DNA from: Octopus vulgaris
Taxonomy: Eukaryota
Direction: 5' to 3'
DNA length: 64,000 bases
NCBI GenBank assembly: GCA_951406725.2
Contig: OX597824.1
Location: 42,222,001 to 42,286,000, forward strand
Each line of letters starts with the position of its first letter. Position 1 is the first letter of the stretch. The translations under genes were made by a program, and so were the position numbers. This document shows positions 39,332 to 54,251 of this stretch, in pieces. The notes under the pieces are model-generated. The model had not been told where the DNA came from. It was given only the letters and a program-made list of their open reading frames with translations, and ran no database searches.

Positions 39332-41736
39332 TTAATTTCTCTGTGTCAGTATGTTCGGATGGTTGAGTCTGGGTTTGTACTTTTCAATGAAGAATGTTTC
39401 CTTGTTCAGTCTCATTTGTGTTGATGATCCGAAAGCACATTGGTAAAATGGGAAGATTAAAAATTGTGGCAGTAGTTGCTTTGCGCATTTCTCAATGTGC
39501 TCACTAAAAGGTATCATTCTATATTCTGGGAATGCAATCTGTTGTCGATGCAGTGTGCATCTACGCCTGAGTGATAGTCCCGTGGAACCCACGTAGTCTT
39601 GGTGGCAGCCCGAGCATTTAATGACATAAATTATGTTTTTAGAGGCACAAGTAAAGTTAGATTTGATCTTGAATTTCTGTCCCTCTTTAAAGAAGAATTC
39701 TGATCCTTCCAATAGGTTAGGACATGTTGCACAGTTCGATCTACCACATTTTTTTACTTTTGCATCCGTAATTTTAGAAGACAATTTTGCCTTTGTGAGA
39801 ATCTTTTTAAGTGATTTAGGCTGTTTGTAGCTTTTAATGATTTGGTGTATGTTTAGAATTTCCTTTAATTTTGGGTTTTTATGAAGTATTGGTAAATTCT
39901 GGGTGCTGATGGTGAAGGCTTCTTTGTTTCTGGGGTTGTATGTAGATATGTAAGGTAGTATTTTCGGGGAAGGTGTGTTGTTGTGTTGAACTTTTCTTAA
40001 AGTTTCTATGTTGATTTCTGTTGCACGTCTGATCCCATCCTCTATGAGTTGAGCTGGGTAATGTCTGTCAATTAGGGTGTTTTTGAGTTCTTGCAGTCTA
40101 AAGTTCCTGGTATTTTGTTCTGACACTATTGTGCATATCCTTCTTGCAAGGTTGAAGGGGATGTTTGTTTTAGTGTGTCTTGGGTGGCATGAATTAAAAA
40201 GAAGGTATTGTTTGGCGTCTGTGGCTTTGTAAAAAATGTCTGTTTCTATTTTAAGGTTAATTTTTTTAATTAGTATATCCAAGAACGGGAGCTCCTTTTG
40301 GTTGTATTCCATTGTGAACTGTATATTTGGGTTTATGCTGTTCAATAGGTTTTTAAATTTTAGGAGTTTATCTATGTTTTCATTCCAGAGAATGAAACAA
40401 TCGTCTAGGAATCGTTTCCAATTCTCTTTTATGTATTGAGAGAGGGAGTTTCCAAAGATTGATAGAGATTCCTGGTAAATGATTATTTCCATGTATCCCA
40501 TTGTTAAGTTCGCAATGACTGGTGCTGCCCTTGTACCCATAGCAATTCCGGATTTTTGACGGTAAAATGTATTGTCAAACATGAAGTGGTTATTGTGTAG
40601 GATGAATTCAATTGATTTAGTAATGAATTCCTTACTGATCCTTTTTGGTATTTCTTCCGGAAATTGGTCTAACCAGAACTGTATTGCCTCCAGTCCATAA
40701 TTATGAGGTATACTGGTATACAAGTTGACTACATCAAATGAAACCAGGATTGTTTCTTCCTTGGTTTTTTTTGGAAGGTGGTTTAACATATCTAAGTCAT
40801 CTCTGATATGGCTATCGATATGTTTAAGGAAGGGTTTCAGGAGGATGTCCATAAGTAGACTTAGTCTGTGTGTTTCACAGGTTGGGCCAGCTACAATGGG
40901 TCGTAGTTTTAGGTCCCCCGGATTAGGTGTGTGTATGTCTTTGGTGATTTTTTAATGGTTTCATTTATAATTTGACTTTTATGAATTTTTGGCAGACCAT
41001 AGAAAAGGCTAGGTTTGCATTTTAAGTTTGTTAGGAAATCAATCTCTTTGGTTGTCAGTTCCTTTTCATGGGTTTTAATTAGTGAAGATAGAGTTTTCAT
41101 TATTTTTTGTGGGGTGTAGTTGGTAATTTTTTCATAATGTAGGTCTTCATCAAGCAAGGAAATTACAAGATTTCTGTAGTATGATGTATCCATTATTACA
41201 ACTGCATTTCCCTTGTCCGCTTCCTTAATGGTTATATCTTCATCATTTTGGAGTTCTATCAGTTCTTTCCATTGTGTAGTGTTAAAATTTGGGTTAGCTT
41301 TCTGTTTATGTATAGTATGGTAGGGGAAGTTCTCAATGTGGTTACAGAATTCGTCAAGATCTTTATTTCTTCCTCTGTGTGGGATGTGTTCACTTTTGTT
41401 CTTGACTAGTGATTCAGTATTGAAACTGTTTGATGCTTCTGCTAGTCTTAATTTTCTGCAAAATTCTGTTATATTATCCTTGAGTTCATTTAGGTTTGCT
41501 CTGCGTGGAGTTGGTGTAAATTTGAGCCCTTTTGCGAGGATGTCAATTTTTATGTTAGAAAGAGGTTTGGTTGAAAGATTGATTATCTTCGGTTTTTCCT
41601 TATTACTAGGTTCCAGCCTGTGTCCTGGTGTCCCTGGTCCCTGGCTAAAAAATGTTGGGTGTAATTTTGTTTGTATGAGTTGTCTGTGAGGTTGTGTGGT
41701 ATTTGGTCGGGGGAGTGGTGGTATTGTTGCCTCCAA
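39332..41736 (-). pseudogene. PLE RT/GIY-YIG polyprotein with a single internal frameshift near 40925
   Basis: IINLS, LAKGLKFTP, IKEADKGNAVVIMD, FYGLPKIHK | LRPIVAGP, SFDVVNLYTSIP, QKSGIAMGT, RFLDDCF, LPFLDI, SCHP, CGRSNCATC linker, NIIYVIKCSGCHQDYVGST. Confidence 0.93.
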
Positions 41737-42242
41737 TCGTTGTGTGTGTGTGGGAATCTATGGTTGTTAATGCTTGTGGTGTGTGTAAAATTTCTGTATG
41801 GGAAATATTTTTGTTTCGAACTTCTTGTATGTGGGATGTTGCTTGACATAGTGTTTCTTTGCGTTTGTCTTGTGTTTAGTGGGGACCAGTAGTTTTGGTT
41901 CATGGGGTAGTAGTGATTTGTGTGTGGTATATTTCTTATCCTAGTGTCGTATTGTGCTGTATGGTGGTTGGGTCTGGTATTAGGATGTTGTTGGTTTGTT
42001 CTGTTTTTGGTGTAATTTCTTTCATAGACGCGTCCTCTGTCAGCTAGTTCCCTGTTAGGTCTAGCGTGGTTTGTAAAGGTTGGTTGTGGGTGATTTCTGT
42101 TTTTAGTGTATGGAGGATAGTTGGGGGTTGTTCGTGGGTTGTTAGGTTTTTCTTTTTTATTTATTGTAATTTTCTTAAGGAAGGGATTATTTGTACCCAA
42201 TTCATTTTTGAAGGTTTCACTATATTTTTGGAAGAAGTCCAT
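41583..42242 (-). CDS. PLE upstream ORF (N/T/H/Q/R-rich), overlapping the RT frame; possibly 5'-truncated
   Basis: Open for 219 codons and not a microsatellite. Overlaps the next ORF across a T TTT TTA heptamer. Confidence 0.65.
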   Translation of the reverse strand: MDFFQKYSETFKNELGTNNPFLKKITINKKEKPNNPRTTPNYPPYTKNRNHPQPTFTNHARPNRELADRGRVYERNYTKNRTNQQHPNTRPNHHTAQYDTRIRNIPHTNHYYPMNQNYWSPLNTRQTQRNTMSSNIPHTRSSKQKYFPYRNFTHTTSINNHRFPHTHNDWRQQYHHSPDQIPHNLTDNSYKQNYTQHFLARDQGHQDTGWNLVIRKNRR

Positions 42243-42243
42243 G

Positions 42244-42382
<139 letters not shown>

Positions 42383-42686
42383 GTGTATATATGCCTGTGT
42401 GCATGTGTATGTCAGCGTTGTAGTTGTTTGGAACTACAGTATCAGATGTTGCTAGTGCAATTAGATGCTTCACCACAACGGATCACCTGGGGACTGCCTT
42501 ATTGCATGATTTTACAGGTGTTTATCATAATTCCTCCTAAACTTCCTCTGTATATCAAAACCAGTAATTCTATTAAGTATATTAGTAGCCTATGCACTAT
42601 ACTGGAAAATTGCTTGGAGAAAATCTACGCACAGCTCCAAAATCAACAGTAAAGATCGTACCTGTAACTGTGTACACACAAGATAT

Positions 42687-42724
<38 letters not shown>

Positions 42725-43275
42725 CAATATATATATATCATATGTGTGTGTGTGTGTGTGTGTATTTACACATATATACATATATACCTATATGTACATG
42801 TAAGAGTACACATATACTATATATGCATGCACAAGTAAAAGACAAAATATATATATGTGTGCGTGTGTATACCCACAAATACAAACAAATACCCCCACCC
42901 ACCCACACATACAAATACACACACGCGCACGCATACTTGCGTTGGAAACAAAAAAGTAGAGATTAACATGTTAACAATAACCGATATTATTCAAAACAAA
43001 AATAATAGCAATAATAAGATTAACGCGCAACAAAAACAATGTTAAGTAGAAGAGTAGAGGAATACAGATAACGACAACAACAGCAACAACAAGAAACGTC
43101 AACAATGGCAAGAGGCAATAATAATAAATGGCTACTAGACGGCAGGGTATACATTTTTTATGAGTTGTTCTACGCATTTGCATATTTATTAGATGTGTGA
43201 ACGTCTAGTTTGACACTCACACACGCGTAAAGCCATTCAGACACTCACAAACATAAACGCTAACTAAACACATAT

Positions 43276-43332
<57 letters not shown>

Positions 43333-43341
43333 GTGTATGTA

Positions 43342-43382
<41 letters not shown>

Positions 43383-43405
43383 TTATACATGTGCATGTAT
43401 ATATG

Positions 43406-43437
<32 letters not shown>

Positions 43438-43438
43438 A

Positions 43439-43472
<34 letters not shown>

Positions 43473-44629
43473 TTATCTATATGTATATATATATATATAT
43501 ATATATTTTCTACATGCATATCTGGATATGCATACATTTATGAACGTGTGTACATATGTACATACGATCGAATGTATGTATATAGAGTATATTAGATGTG
43601 TGTGTATATATGCGATGTGCTTTGTGTTCGATTGTATTGACGTCTAAGAGTGCATTTCTATAGGCATGGTATATATGTACGTTTGTAGGTGTGTAAATAC
43701 TTATGTATGTATTTATGCATATATGTGTGTGTGAGTGAATATATATAGACACATACATACATATATTTATATATATGTATGTATGTATAATAATAAATCT
43801 CTGAGCGAGGTATAAATGGCAAATATACTTCACTATGTATGTATATGTATATATCTTTCAATCTGTATGTCTGTCTGTTTGTCTGCCTATCTGTCTTTTT
43901 GTGTGTATGTACGTATGTATGGATGTATTATGTATGTATGTATGTATGTATGTATGTATGTATGTATGTATGTATGTATATAATATGTATTTCAGTATAT
44001 ATGTATATATGCATAGGTGATTTTGTCTGTGTGTATCTCTGTGTACCTTTTATTTAGGACGCTAGTTTTGTTATTACGGATCCCTCGTCGCATACGTGTG
44101 CTCCTATTACACACACATGCATGCACACGTGCGTGTATGCGTGTATGCATATGTGCATGTGTGTGCTTATGTTTGCATGTGAGTATGTCTAGGTGCGCAA
44201 ACATTCATTTTATTTATGTTGAACTTTATAAAGTTATGTGTGTGTGTGAATGTGTGTGTGTGTTTGCGTGCGTGTGTGATTGCGTTTATTTGCGTGTTTG
44301 CGTGTTTGTATGTTATTTATCCAAGTGGTCCCTAAGGACTGTCATGTTATCAAGATGAGACATTTCTCTCTCTCTCTCTTTCTCTCTCTCTTCCTTTCCC
44401 TACTCCCTCCTACACTTTCTCTCGCTCTCTTTCTCTGCCTCCCTTTTTCTCTATCTGTTCAATTGTCTTTGTATTAGTAATGTTTTAACGTTTATTTTTT
44501 GACAAATTCTCTCCCTTGCATGTTATCTTGCATTGCAGCTCCGCGACAACCATCATTATTACACACACGAACACACACACAAAATAACAAAACAACTTAA
44601 ACGTCCCGTTCACTGTACTGTTGCAGCTG

Positions 44630-44630
44630 T

Positions 44631-44705
<75 letters not shown>

Positions 44706-44778
44706 CACTACCATCACCACCACCATCACCACCACCACCACCACCACCACCACCACCACCACCACCACCACCACCACC

Positions 44779-44845
<67 letters not shown>
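44630..44845. repeat. (ACT)n-(ACC)n-(ACT)n compound microsatellite
   Basis: Direct reading. Confidence 0.96.
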
Positions 44846-45136
44846 ATGCACGCTCAGTGGTTTAGTGTTCTATAAGAATCAAGAAGTATTTCTTAACTTG
44901 CTATTTGTATCTCCGAAGACCAAGAAGAAAACATGAAGTAATAAGTTATGCGAAGCTGTATATTTTTACGAGATTCCTCTTGAAATCACCCGAGGAGACA
45001 CATCAACACAAAAGGATACACCTAAACTAGTTGTGAAATATCCCACGCGCATGTGATCGATGCCAGATGGGTCAAAAACGATTGTAGTGATCAATAAAGC
45101 TTCTCGTACCTTTCGTCTACCATCTCTCTCATTAAT

Positions 45137-45173
<37 letters not shown>

Positions 45174-45337
45174 TCATCGAATATAGAGACGAAAACCAAC
45201 GTTCCACGTGGCAGGTTTGATGATCGTTAAGAGGAAACTCGCTTAATATGAAACCAATGGTAGCCTGGTTAATCCACAAATAAGAAATATTCATCCACCA
45301 ATGCCGTGTTGATAACTCATTCTCACTGGTCTCTCTC

Positions 45338-45384
<47 letters not shown>

Positions 45385-45697
45385 GCACACACACACATTC
45401 ATATATATGTTTTGCAACACTCCTGTCACAACCTAGGACCTTGAAGACTGCTATAACGCACTAAAGTATACTAGTCCCCTAATATTTTATATTCAACATT
45501 TCATCTACTCAATAAGAAAATCAATACTTCATTTCATTTTATTATATATATATTATTTATACTATATATTCTATATTCTACGTTAATTTTATAAAGAATA
45601 TAAATAAAACATAAAAAACAGAGTTGGAATTTCTTTGAATATATATCTCCCTATACACAATCATACAAACCCCCTTATATATATATATATACATATA

Positions 45698-46113
45698 GGC
45701 GCAGGTGTGGCTGTGTGGTAAGTAGCTTGCTAACCAGCCTCATGGTTCCGGGTTCAGTCCCACTGCGTGGCATCTTGGGCAAGTGTCTTCTGCTATAGCC
45801 CCGGGCCGACCAATGCATTGTGAGTGGATTTGGTAGACGGAAACTGAAAGAAGCCTGTCGTATATATATATATATATGTATGTGTGTTTGTGTGTCTGTG
45901 TTTGTACCCCTAGCATTGCTTGACAACCGATGCTGGTGTGTTTACGTCTCCGTCACTTAACGGTTCGGCAAAAAGAGACCGATAGAATAAGTACTGGGCT
46001 TACAAAGAATAAGTCCCGGGGTCGATTTGCTCGACTAAAGGCGGTGCTCCAGCATGGCCTCAGTCAAATGACTGAAACAAATAAAAGAGTAAAAGAGTAA
46101 AAAGAGTAAAGAG
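45698..46113 (+). mobile_element. Full-length SINE family B
   Basis: ggcgcaggtgtggctgtgtggtaag head, B box ggttcagtccc, tandem taaaagag tail. Confidence 0.92.
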
Positions 46114-46464
46114 TATATACACACACACACACACACACACATGTATAAAATACAATTTTGAAGGATTTCGAGAAATTCAGAGAATACTGGTAGAGAAAAA
46201 CACACCTTTAATTGCAGAACTCACCATTCAAAACCGACTATTATTTCTGTTGTATCAACATATTTAGATACAGAAAATATCATTGAAATTAATACTATAT
46301 CCGAAAATACATGTTAACACAACGTTTTCAAGGCGATCCAAAATTAGTATGCATGTATGTATATATGTATGTATGCATGTATGCATTTATGTAAGTATGT
46401 ATGTACGTATGTACGCACGTACGTAGGTACGTATGTATGTATATAAGTATGTATGTATGTGAGT

Positions 46465-46571
46465 GTTCAATTTTATTTCAAGATTTCTTGTCAATAGTGA
46501 AAGAGCCAGTTTCTAACCTAGATCCAAGGCTCCTTCATTGGAATTTCAACATCAACAACAGGGTATGTATG

Positions 46572-46605
<34 letters not shown>

Positions 46606-47297
46606 TGTATGTATGTATGTATGTATGTATGTTTGTATGTATGTATGTATGTGTGCAGAATTGTACGTTTTGTTTTATGTATGTATTCCCATGCATATAG
46701 TTGCATATCTAGACATGCTCAGATATATTTAAATGATAAACTTCTGGAAAGTTTTACTGATTTTCATAGTTCCAGTGATGGATTGGATCTGTAGTCATCG
46801 AATTAGCTTTCTCCTTTCTGGTTTTGAGAAGCCTAATTTCTCAAGATTTGTATTTAGTCAGTGTGTTACATATTTCAGGTCCCCAATAATTATAGGTATA
46901 AATCTGAACTTGTAATCTGGATTGGGTCAATGCAGATTTTTCTATAGTTCAACATAGGTTTTCTCTTTTTCCTTGATCTTCAGCTTTATGTTAACATCCG
47001 CTGGGCAGCTGATTTCTACAACTGTACACAGTTTCTCTTCTCTATCCCAAATCATTATATCAGGTCTGTTGTGCTTACATTTTATTGTGGTCTTCACTGG
47101 GACATTCCACCAGTACTCCTTTTTATTATGAGTGGCTATGATTTCTACCATACTGTTGGTTCTTATTTCTTGTCCTCGGAGCTACCCTTCTGACGGTTTC
47201 CATTATAGAGTGTCCCAGCTACAACATCATGTCACATCGGCAGATAATACTATGATGACATTTTCGGACAACTGCTTATTAAGTGGGTATCTTCGGT
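46465..47297 (-). mobile_element. 3' fragment of an RLE-type LINE embedded in (TATG)n
   Basis: EYWWNVPVKT..KHNRPDIMIWD..VVEISCP..KEKEKTY (PD-(D/E)xK). AATAAA near 46470. (TATG)n on both sides and internally. Confidence 0.82.
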
Positions 47298-47302
47298 GTA
47301 TG

Positions 47303-47333
<31 letters not shown>

Positions 47334-48020
47334 GTATGCATGTATTTTTATTTTACTAGCCCTGTTTGTCTGTCTGTCTGTCTGTATTTGTCTCTCCCTT
47401 TCACTCTCTCTTTCTTCACGTAATCTTCCTCGTTCTTTTTCCCTTTTCCCACTCTGTCTTTATCTGCCTCTGTCTCTCTCTCTCTGTCTCTTCCTCTCTT
47501 CCCGCATTCTACCCTTATCTCTTTCTGTTATTCGCCCCTCTCTCTCACATACTGTTTCCATGCATAGAGCTGTGTGCCTGCACGAACAGATTACAGTATG
47601 TTTGTTTGTGATATGGTCTATGATGCTGGTGGAAGTGATGATGATAACGAAGATGGCAATAATGATGGTGATTGTGGTTTGTGGTGGCGATTGTATAGAT
47701 GGCGTTGGTGATAGTTGTAGCTGTAGTGGTGGTGGTGGTTCTTGTGGTAGTGGTGGTGGTGGTAATGATGATTATTTTGAGATCTGGTGATGACGGTAAT
47801 TACAATGATAGCAGCTTGTAGTGATGTTGGTGGAGTTGATGATAATGAGGAAGATAATGATGGTGTTGGCGATGAAGGCGGCAGTTAGGATGGTGGTTTG
47901 TGGTCAGGCTTGTAGAACTGTCTGAGAAGATTTGATCTTAAAAAAATTACTAAATCTTTTATTTTTCCAATGACTTGTTTTTGCTCTATAAAGTTGTTTT
48001 TTTATCAAAATACTGATATA

Positions 48021-49240
48021 CAGTGGTTGAACAAAATAACGGAAACAGCTTATAATTTCAAACAAATTGATTTTAATATGGAGAAGGACTACCTTTGGCA
48101 GTAATTACACCTTGAATTATACGAGTTATGGATTCGTACGAAGTTTGAATTGTTTCCAAAGGAATTTTTTCCCATTCTTCAGCTAAAGTCTTCAGTTACT
48201 CGTTTTTCTAAAATGTACCATAAATGTTCAATAATATTGAGATCTGGGGACTGTGGTGGCCAGATAAGATGTTCAACTTCACTAGAATGTTCTCGTGCTA
48301 TTCAGTAACAAATTTAGCTATGTGAATTGGTGCATTATCATCTTGAAAGACTGCGTTTCTTTCCGGAAAGAGTTCCCAGATATAGAATGAATTTGATCAG
48401 ATAAAATGCTTAAATAGGCTTGACTATTAATTCTGTCATGAAGGGAAGCTAGTGGGCCGACGGATTTCCAAGATATAGCCTCCCAGATGATCATACATCC
48501 TCCTCCATGTTTAACAGTTGGAAGAAGGCAGTCTGGGTCAAATGCTTCCTTTGGCTGTCTCCACATGTACACTGGGTCGGAGGTCGGAAATAAGGTAAAG
48601 GATGACTCGTCCGAGAAAATAACATTCTTCCACTGCTCTAGGGACCGATTCTGTAGGTTTTTACTCCACTCTAAACGCTTTGCAACGTTTGTTTTAGAAA
48701 ATAGAGGTTTTCTGATTACAGCCTTTCCGTGAAATCCGGCTTTGTGCAGCTCTCGGCGAGCGGTTTTTGTGGAAACTGGGTTCCCGAGGTGGTCATTAAG
48801 CTCTGCAGTAATTTTGGGAGCTGTACTTTTGTGATCCTTTCTAACAATTCGCATAAGAGTCCAACGGTCCCTATCTGAAAGTTTTGGTTTTCTTCTTTCG
48901 ACGAGGAGGTTTTTCCCTCATTCTCAAAGGCTGTCATTACTTCCGAGACAGTACTTCTTCATACACCAAACATTTCGGCTGTTCTCGTAATGCTAGCACC
49001 TGCCACACGAGCACCAACAATTTGACCTCTTTGAAAGTGCGATAGATCTGTCATTTTAATGAATTTTAATTACCTTTTTCTGATGATACTGAAAAGAAAC
49101 AGTAATTTTGGCAAAACATATTAAGCAACACTAATAATAAATTCAAAAAAATAAATAAACAAGCTTTTGACGGTTTTGTAGATATTTCAAAATTATGATG
49201 CTATGATGCCAGATGTTTCCATTCTTTTGTCCGACCCCTG
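48021..49240 (-). mobile_element. Tc1 DNA transposon, full length, with pseudogenised transposase (~48073-49054)
   Basis: TIRs cagtggttgaacaaaataacggaaaca / tgtttccattcttttgtccgacccctg, TA TSDs. [45 protein letters not shown]. Confidence 0.95.
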
Positions 49241-49246
49241 TATATA

Positions 49247-50020
<774 letters not shown>

Positions 50021-50324
50021 ACATATACATTAGAGTGCCCCTCTCCTAGAAGGATGCCGTGTTAAAAGCTTGGAGTACCTCACTTTCGGGTATCTATGCT
50101 AATTAATGTACAGTGGTCCTCTGAGTGGTGCTATTACTCCGGTTCAGAGTAGAACAACTGTGACTCAGAGTTGGTTCCACCCTCCTCAAAATCCGGGAAC
50201 TTCCCAATCATGGCACCTCATACATGTATATTTCAAATATAAAAATTAAAGGTTGATCAGTCCGATATATAATGCATTTAACATGAATATTCTATAAACA
50301 AAAACCTTTGAAAATATGAAACAA

Positions 50325-50843
50325 TTCGAGCAGAATCGTGCACACGCCGCACAAAATGCTTAGTTGCATTTAGTCCGATTTTACGGTCGGTGCTCAAATT
50401 TCGCCTATGTCGACTTTGCTGGTCTTCCTTTCGGGGTTGATAAAATGAGTACCAGTTGAGCGCTGGAAGTCTATGGAATCGACTTATCCCTTCCCCCAGA
50501 TTTTCTGGCCTTGAGCCAAAATTTGAAATCAATATTATTTGAAATAGTAATGATAGTCTCCTTCGATACGAGAAAGACAGCTCTGCAAATTCTTGTTGAA
50601 CATCCTGCAGATAATTTGCTTATAGTGATCGAATATTTGTGCAGCACATATGCTTACTACCTCCATCAAATCCACATTACCTGTACATGTGCACGACGTG
50701 CCATATCTTAGATGTCAAATTGATCGCATGACAACGTGAGATGAAGTGTTTTGCTCAAGAACACATCGCACCTCCCAGTCCGGGGATCGTACCTACGGAC
50801 TTGCCACCATGAGTGCAATACACTAACCATAAGGCCACGTGCC
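50325..50843. mobile_element. SINE A (50325-50527, +) and SINE C (~50690-50843, -)
   Basis: Family cores; caacgtgagatgaagtgttttgctcaagaacac. Confidence 0.75.
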
Positions 50844-51491
50844 CTCAATAAAGTGCATACTGACTAAAGAATGCGACAGCGGGAGAGAGAGGAGGAGGGT
50901 ATGGGTGTGGGTGTGTGTACGGTAAGGAGGGGAACTTAGAAAGAGAGGGAGAGACAGAAGGAAATTAAAGAAAGATTAAAAGGGAAATGGAAAGCAGGGT
51001 TTTAGATAAAGAGTGGCAATTCTTCTATAGCTCAGACTAACACTATTCATATACGGCCCTATTACGTCTTTCAGTCTCTCTACATCTCTTTTCCTGATTT
51101 GTCTCTATTTTACTCCGGTGAAACATTGGACCTGGGATTTTTTTTTCTTTATTCGTGCATCATTGTGATTTATATCTGTGTCTTCCTGCGAAATTAGTAA
51201 AGATTCGTTGCTTCATGACAGACAAGCAACGACACGCACACGAAAATGCGTGTGTGCTTATGTATACACATATACACACAGACACTCACAGACACACGCA
51301 TACATGCATGAAGAAAATATTTGATACACAAACACGTGTGTGTATCTGTGTGTGCGTGAGTATTTGATTGAATTTATGCATTTTTCTCTTTGCTTTTTTC
51401 CGACTTGATGAAAAAACAAATCATTATATTTCGTCTTTAATAAAGCCCTTCATATGCAGAATTTGTTGAAAGTAAAAAAATTAATTAATGG

Positions 51492-51578
<87 letters not shown>

Positions 51579-51584
51579 TGATGA

Positions 51585-52095
51585 TTTCTTTGTTAAGGGT
51601 TTACATTAAGAAAAACGTTATGGACAGAACAGGACAAAACAAAGAATGTGTGTGAGTATGACTGCGAGTGTGTTGTGAGGGTTTAGACAAACAAAATTTT
51701 AAAAATCAACAATGTGTGATTCTCAATAGGGAGGAGACGTTCTAGGGCTGCTCATGGGAAAACCCCATAAACAACCTCGAGTACCCTGGGTTATGGAGCA
51801 GGTGCCTTTTTTCCTTTCCTTTTTTTTTTTCGACTACTGGCGAATGCACAGGGAAGGCCCATTCATCCGCACCATTCTCGCCACTTTCATCCACTTTTCA
51901 GCAAACTGACCAGAAGGCAACACTTCCCTCTCTGCCCTTGTTTTCCTTTTCAAGTGAAATGTGAAGAAGTTGATCAAGGAGTAGCCGAAAGCACTGGAGA
52001 TGTCGTAGCCTCAGTGCATGTCGGCACGTCTTTAACCACGGCGTGCCCAGGCCACCACTCAACGGGTGCTGACAGCAGATAGACCGGCTGACCGT
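51585..52095 (-). mobile_element. Third Tx1/L1-like LINE 3' copy with an internal deletion
   Basis: 51585-51990 matches 175-575, then joins directly to sequence matching ~1193-1295 (aaagcactggagatgtcgtagcctcag). (AAT/GAT)n flanks. Confidence 0.87.
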
Positions 52096-52125
52096 CGAAT
52101 AATAATGATAATAATGATAATAATG

Positions 52126-52179
<54 letters not shown>

Positions 52180-54110
52180 GTAATGATGATAATGTTGATG
52201 ATGATTATGATGATGATACCAGCAGTAGTTGTAGCAGCGGTGGTGGTGGTGGTTGTCATAGTAGTAGTAATAGTAGTGGCAGGAGCAGCAGTAGTTTTGG
52301 AAATATTAGTGGTAGCAGCAGTAGCAGCAGCAGCAGTAATAGTAGTAGTAGTAGCAGTAGTAGTAGTAGTAGTAGTTATTTGTTTCCTCTATTTGTAGAC
52401 AATCGCTCTAAATTACTTCTTACAATTGTTATAAATCCCTCGGTAATGATCAAACCCGGTTTTTCTGATTATTCCAATCCACCCTAACCCCACCATACAA
52501 ACAGATATTAGATTGCATGTCCTATTCAACGAGATTGAATTCAACCATAATCTTTCTAGAATCTAAATCCAACATATCTATAGTTTTGCTTTGTGCCACT
52601 TAAGGATTGCCGCATTGTATCGCATGACTGTGACAGCCCATCGGGTAATTAAATCAATAAGGAAGGCTATTGATTTTTGTTATTAACACTAGCTCTAATC
52701 TTTTTCACATGCACTTCCTCTGCTTTTATTTCCTTTCTATATCTTTTTTTCTTCTTGTAATATCCGATCTAATTTTATGACTCAAAGCGATTCATTTCCT
52801 TTGTCAGCAGACATTTTAGCCCTTTCTATTTTATTCTATTCAATATCCTATTAACTTGTTTGTGGTGATGAATCCCATAACCTATTTGGTAACTGAAGAG
52901 CCACTAAAGGTTTTGTTTTCAAATAACGTTCACGGAACTCGTCGCTCTCCAAGCTATAATCAGGAGGAAGTGTATCCAGAATGTATGAAACACTCTTTTA
53001 TTTCAACGTGAAAACAACACTTAGAGCGACTGCCGGTTCCTAACATGCAATACCTTGTAGTAGTTGTCTAGTCCTTCGCAAACATCAATACTGATAAAAT
53101 ATACCTATGATTAAAGGCATTCTGTTTGTGACTCTCCAGTCCTTCCTCCGTGTACAGGCAAACTGGAATTCCATTATCCATACTGACATTCTAAAAAAAG
53201 ATCCTGCGATGATTTGAATGAGATTAGGCAGTTATTTCAAGCAGTTTAAGCAGCTATGCAGACGTTCCATCATTGACATGCCAGCAGTGAAGAAAAGCTT
53301 AAATATTTAAGTGCTTTGGTCTTTAGAGAGGTATTTTTGACCGCATGTGGAATGCAATGCCAGTTACGGGAGAAAAACCGACGTCCTTTCCATAAAAAGT
53401 TCAATACACTAATGCTTGACTGTTAATTTTGTCATAATTGAGATGTCACTATTAATTAAGCTTATAAATATACCTAAAGGTTGTTGTTTGTCTATATTTC
53501 ACTGTTTTTCCTTTCTCAATGTTGTTGATGTTTTGATGTTTGTTTATGCTTCCACAAATATTCTTCATTTCAACGATCGCAATGAGTGACATTTTGGAAT
53601 ATGTGTTATACATATAATTTTGTTGCGCGTATCTGCTGACAATATGCGATCAAATGGATAGATAGTTTCGGTTCTCAATCAGAATGATGTAGCGTCAATC
53701 CTTGAAGAGGGTGGCACAAGTTTTTTTTTTTTAACAGGACATTTCATTTTGCACTGTTGCAGTTTAGTTGTAGACAAATGAGTACTATGTCAGTGCTGGT
53801 GCCGCTCTATCCCCCAATGTCTCATGTTGAATATATTGCTGAGTCAAACGGTGGGAGAGTCAAGCGGGGTGCCTGTCTATTCGGGATTACATGGACATCA
53901 AAAACATCTAACGAAAGCAAGGGACATGTTACTAAGCCATAGTCGTTCGCAAATATCGTTAATAAACCATTGTAACAGCAGTCTGCTTATATTTCCTAAA
54001 CTTTTAACCTTAAAGTAGTTTTAATAAATCCTTGTGAATTCACATAGATCTTTTACTTCGTCTCCAGAACGCCACAAAACCCTAAACGTTGAATCATTAA
54101 TTTAAGGAAT

Positions 54111-54251
<141 letters not shown>

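Noticed and set aside
49080-49105. CTGATGA...GAAAC in the Tc1 end region (also CTGATGA at ~13016)
   Set aside because: No stem I, II or III pairing; chance matches.
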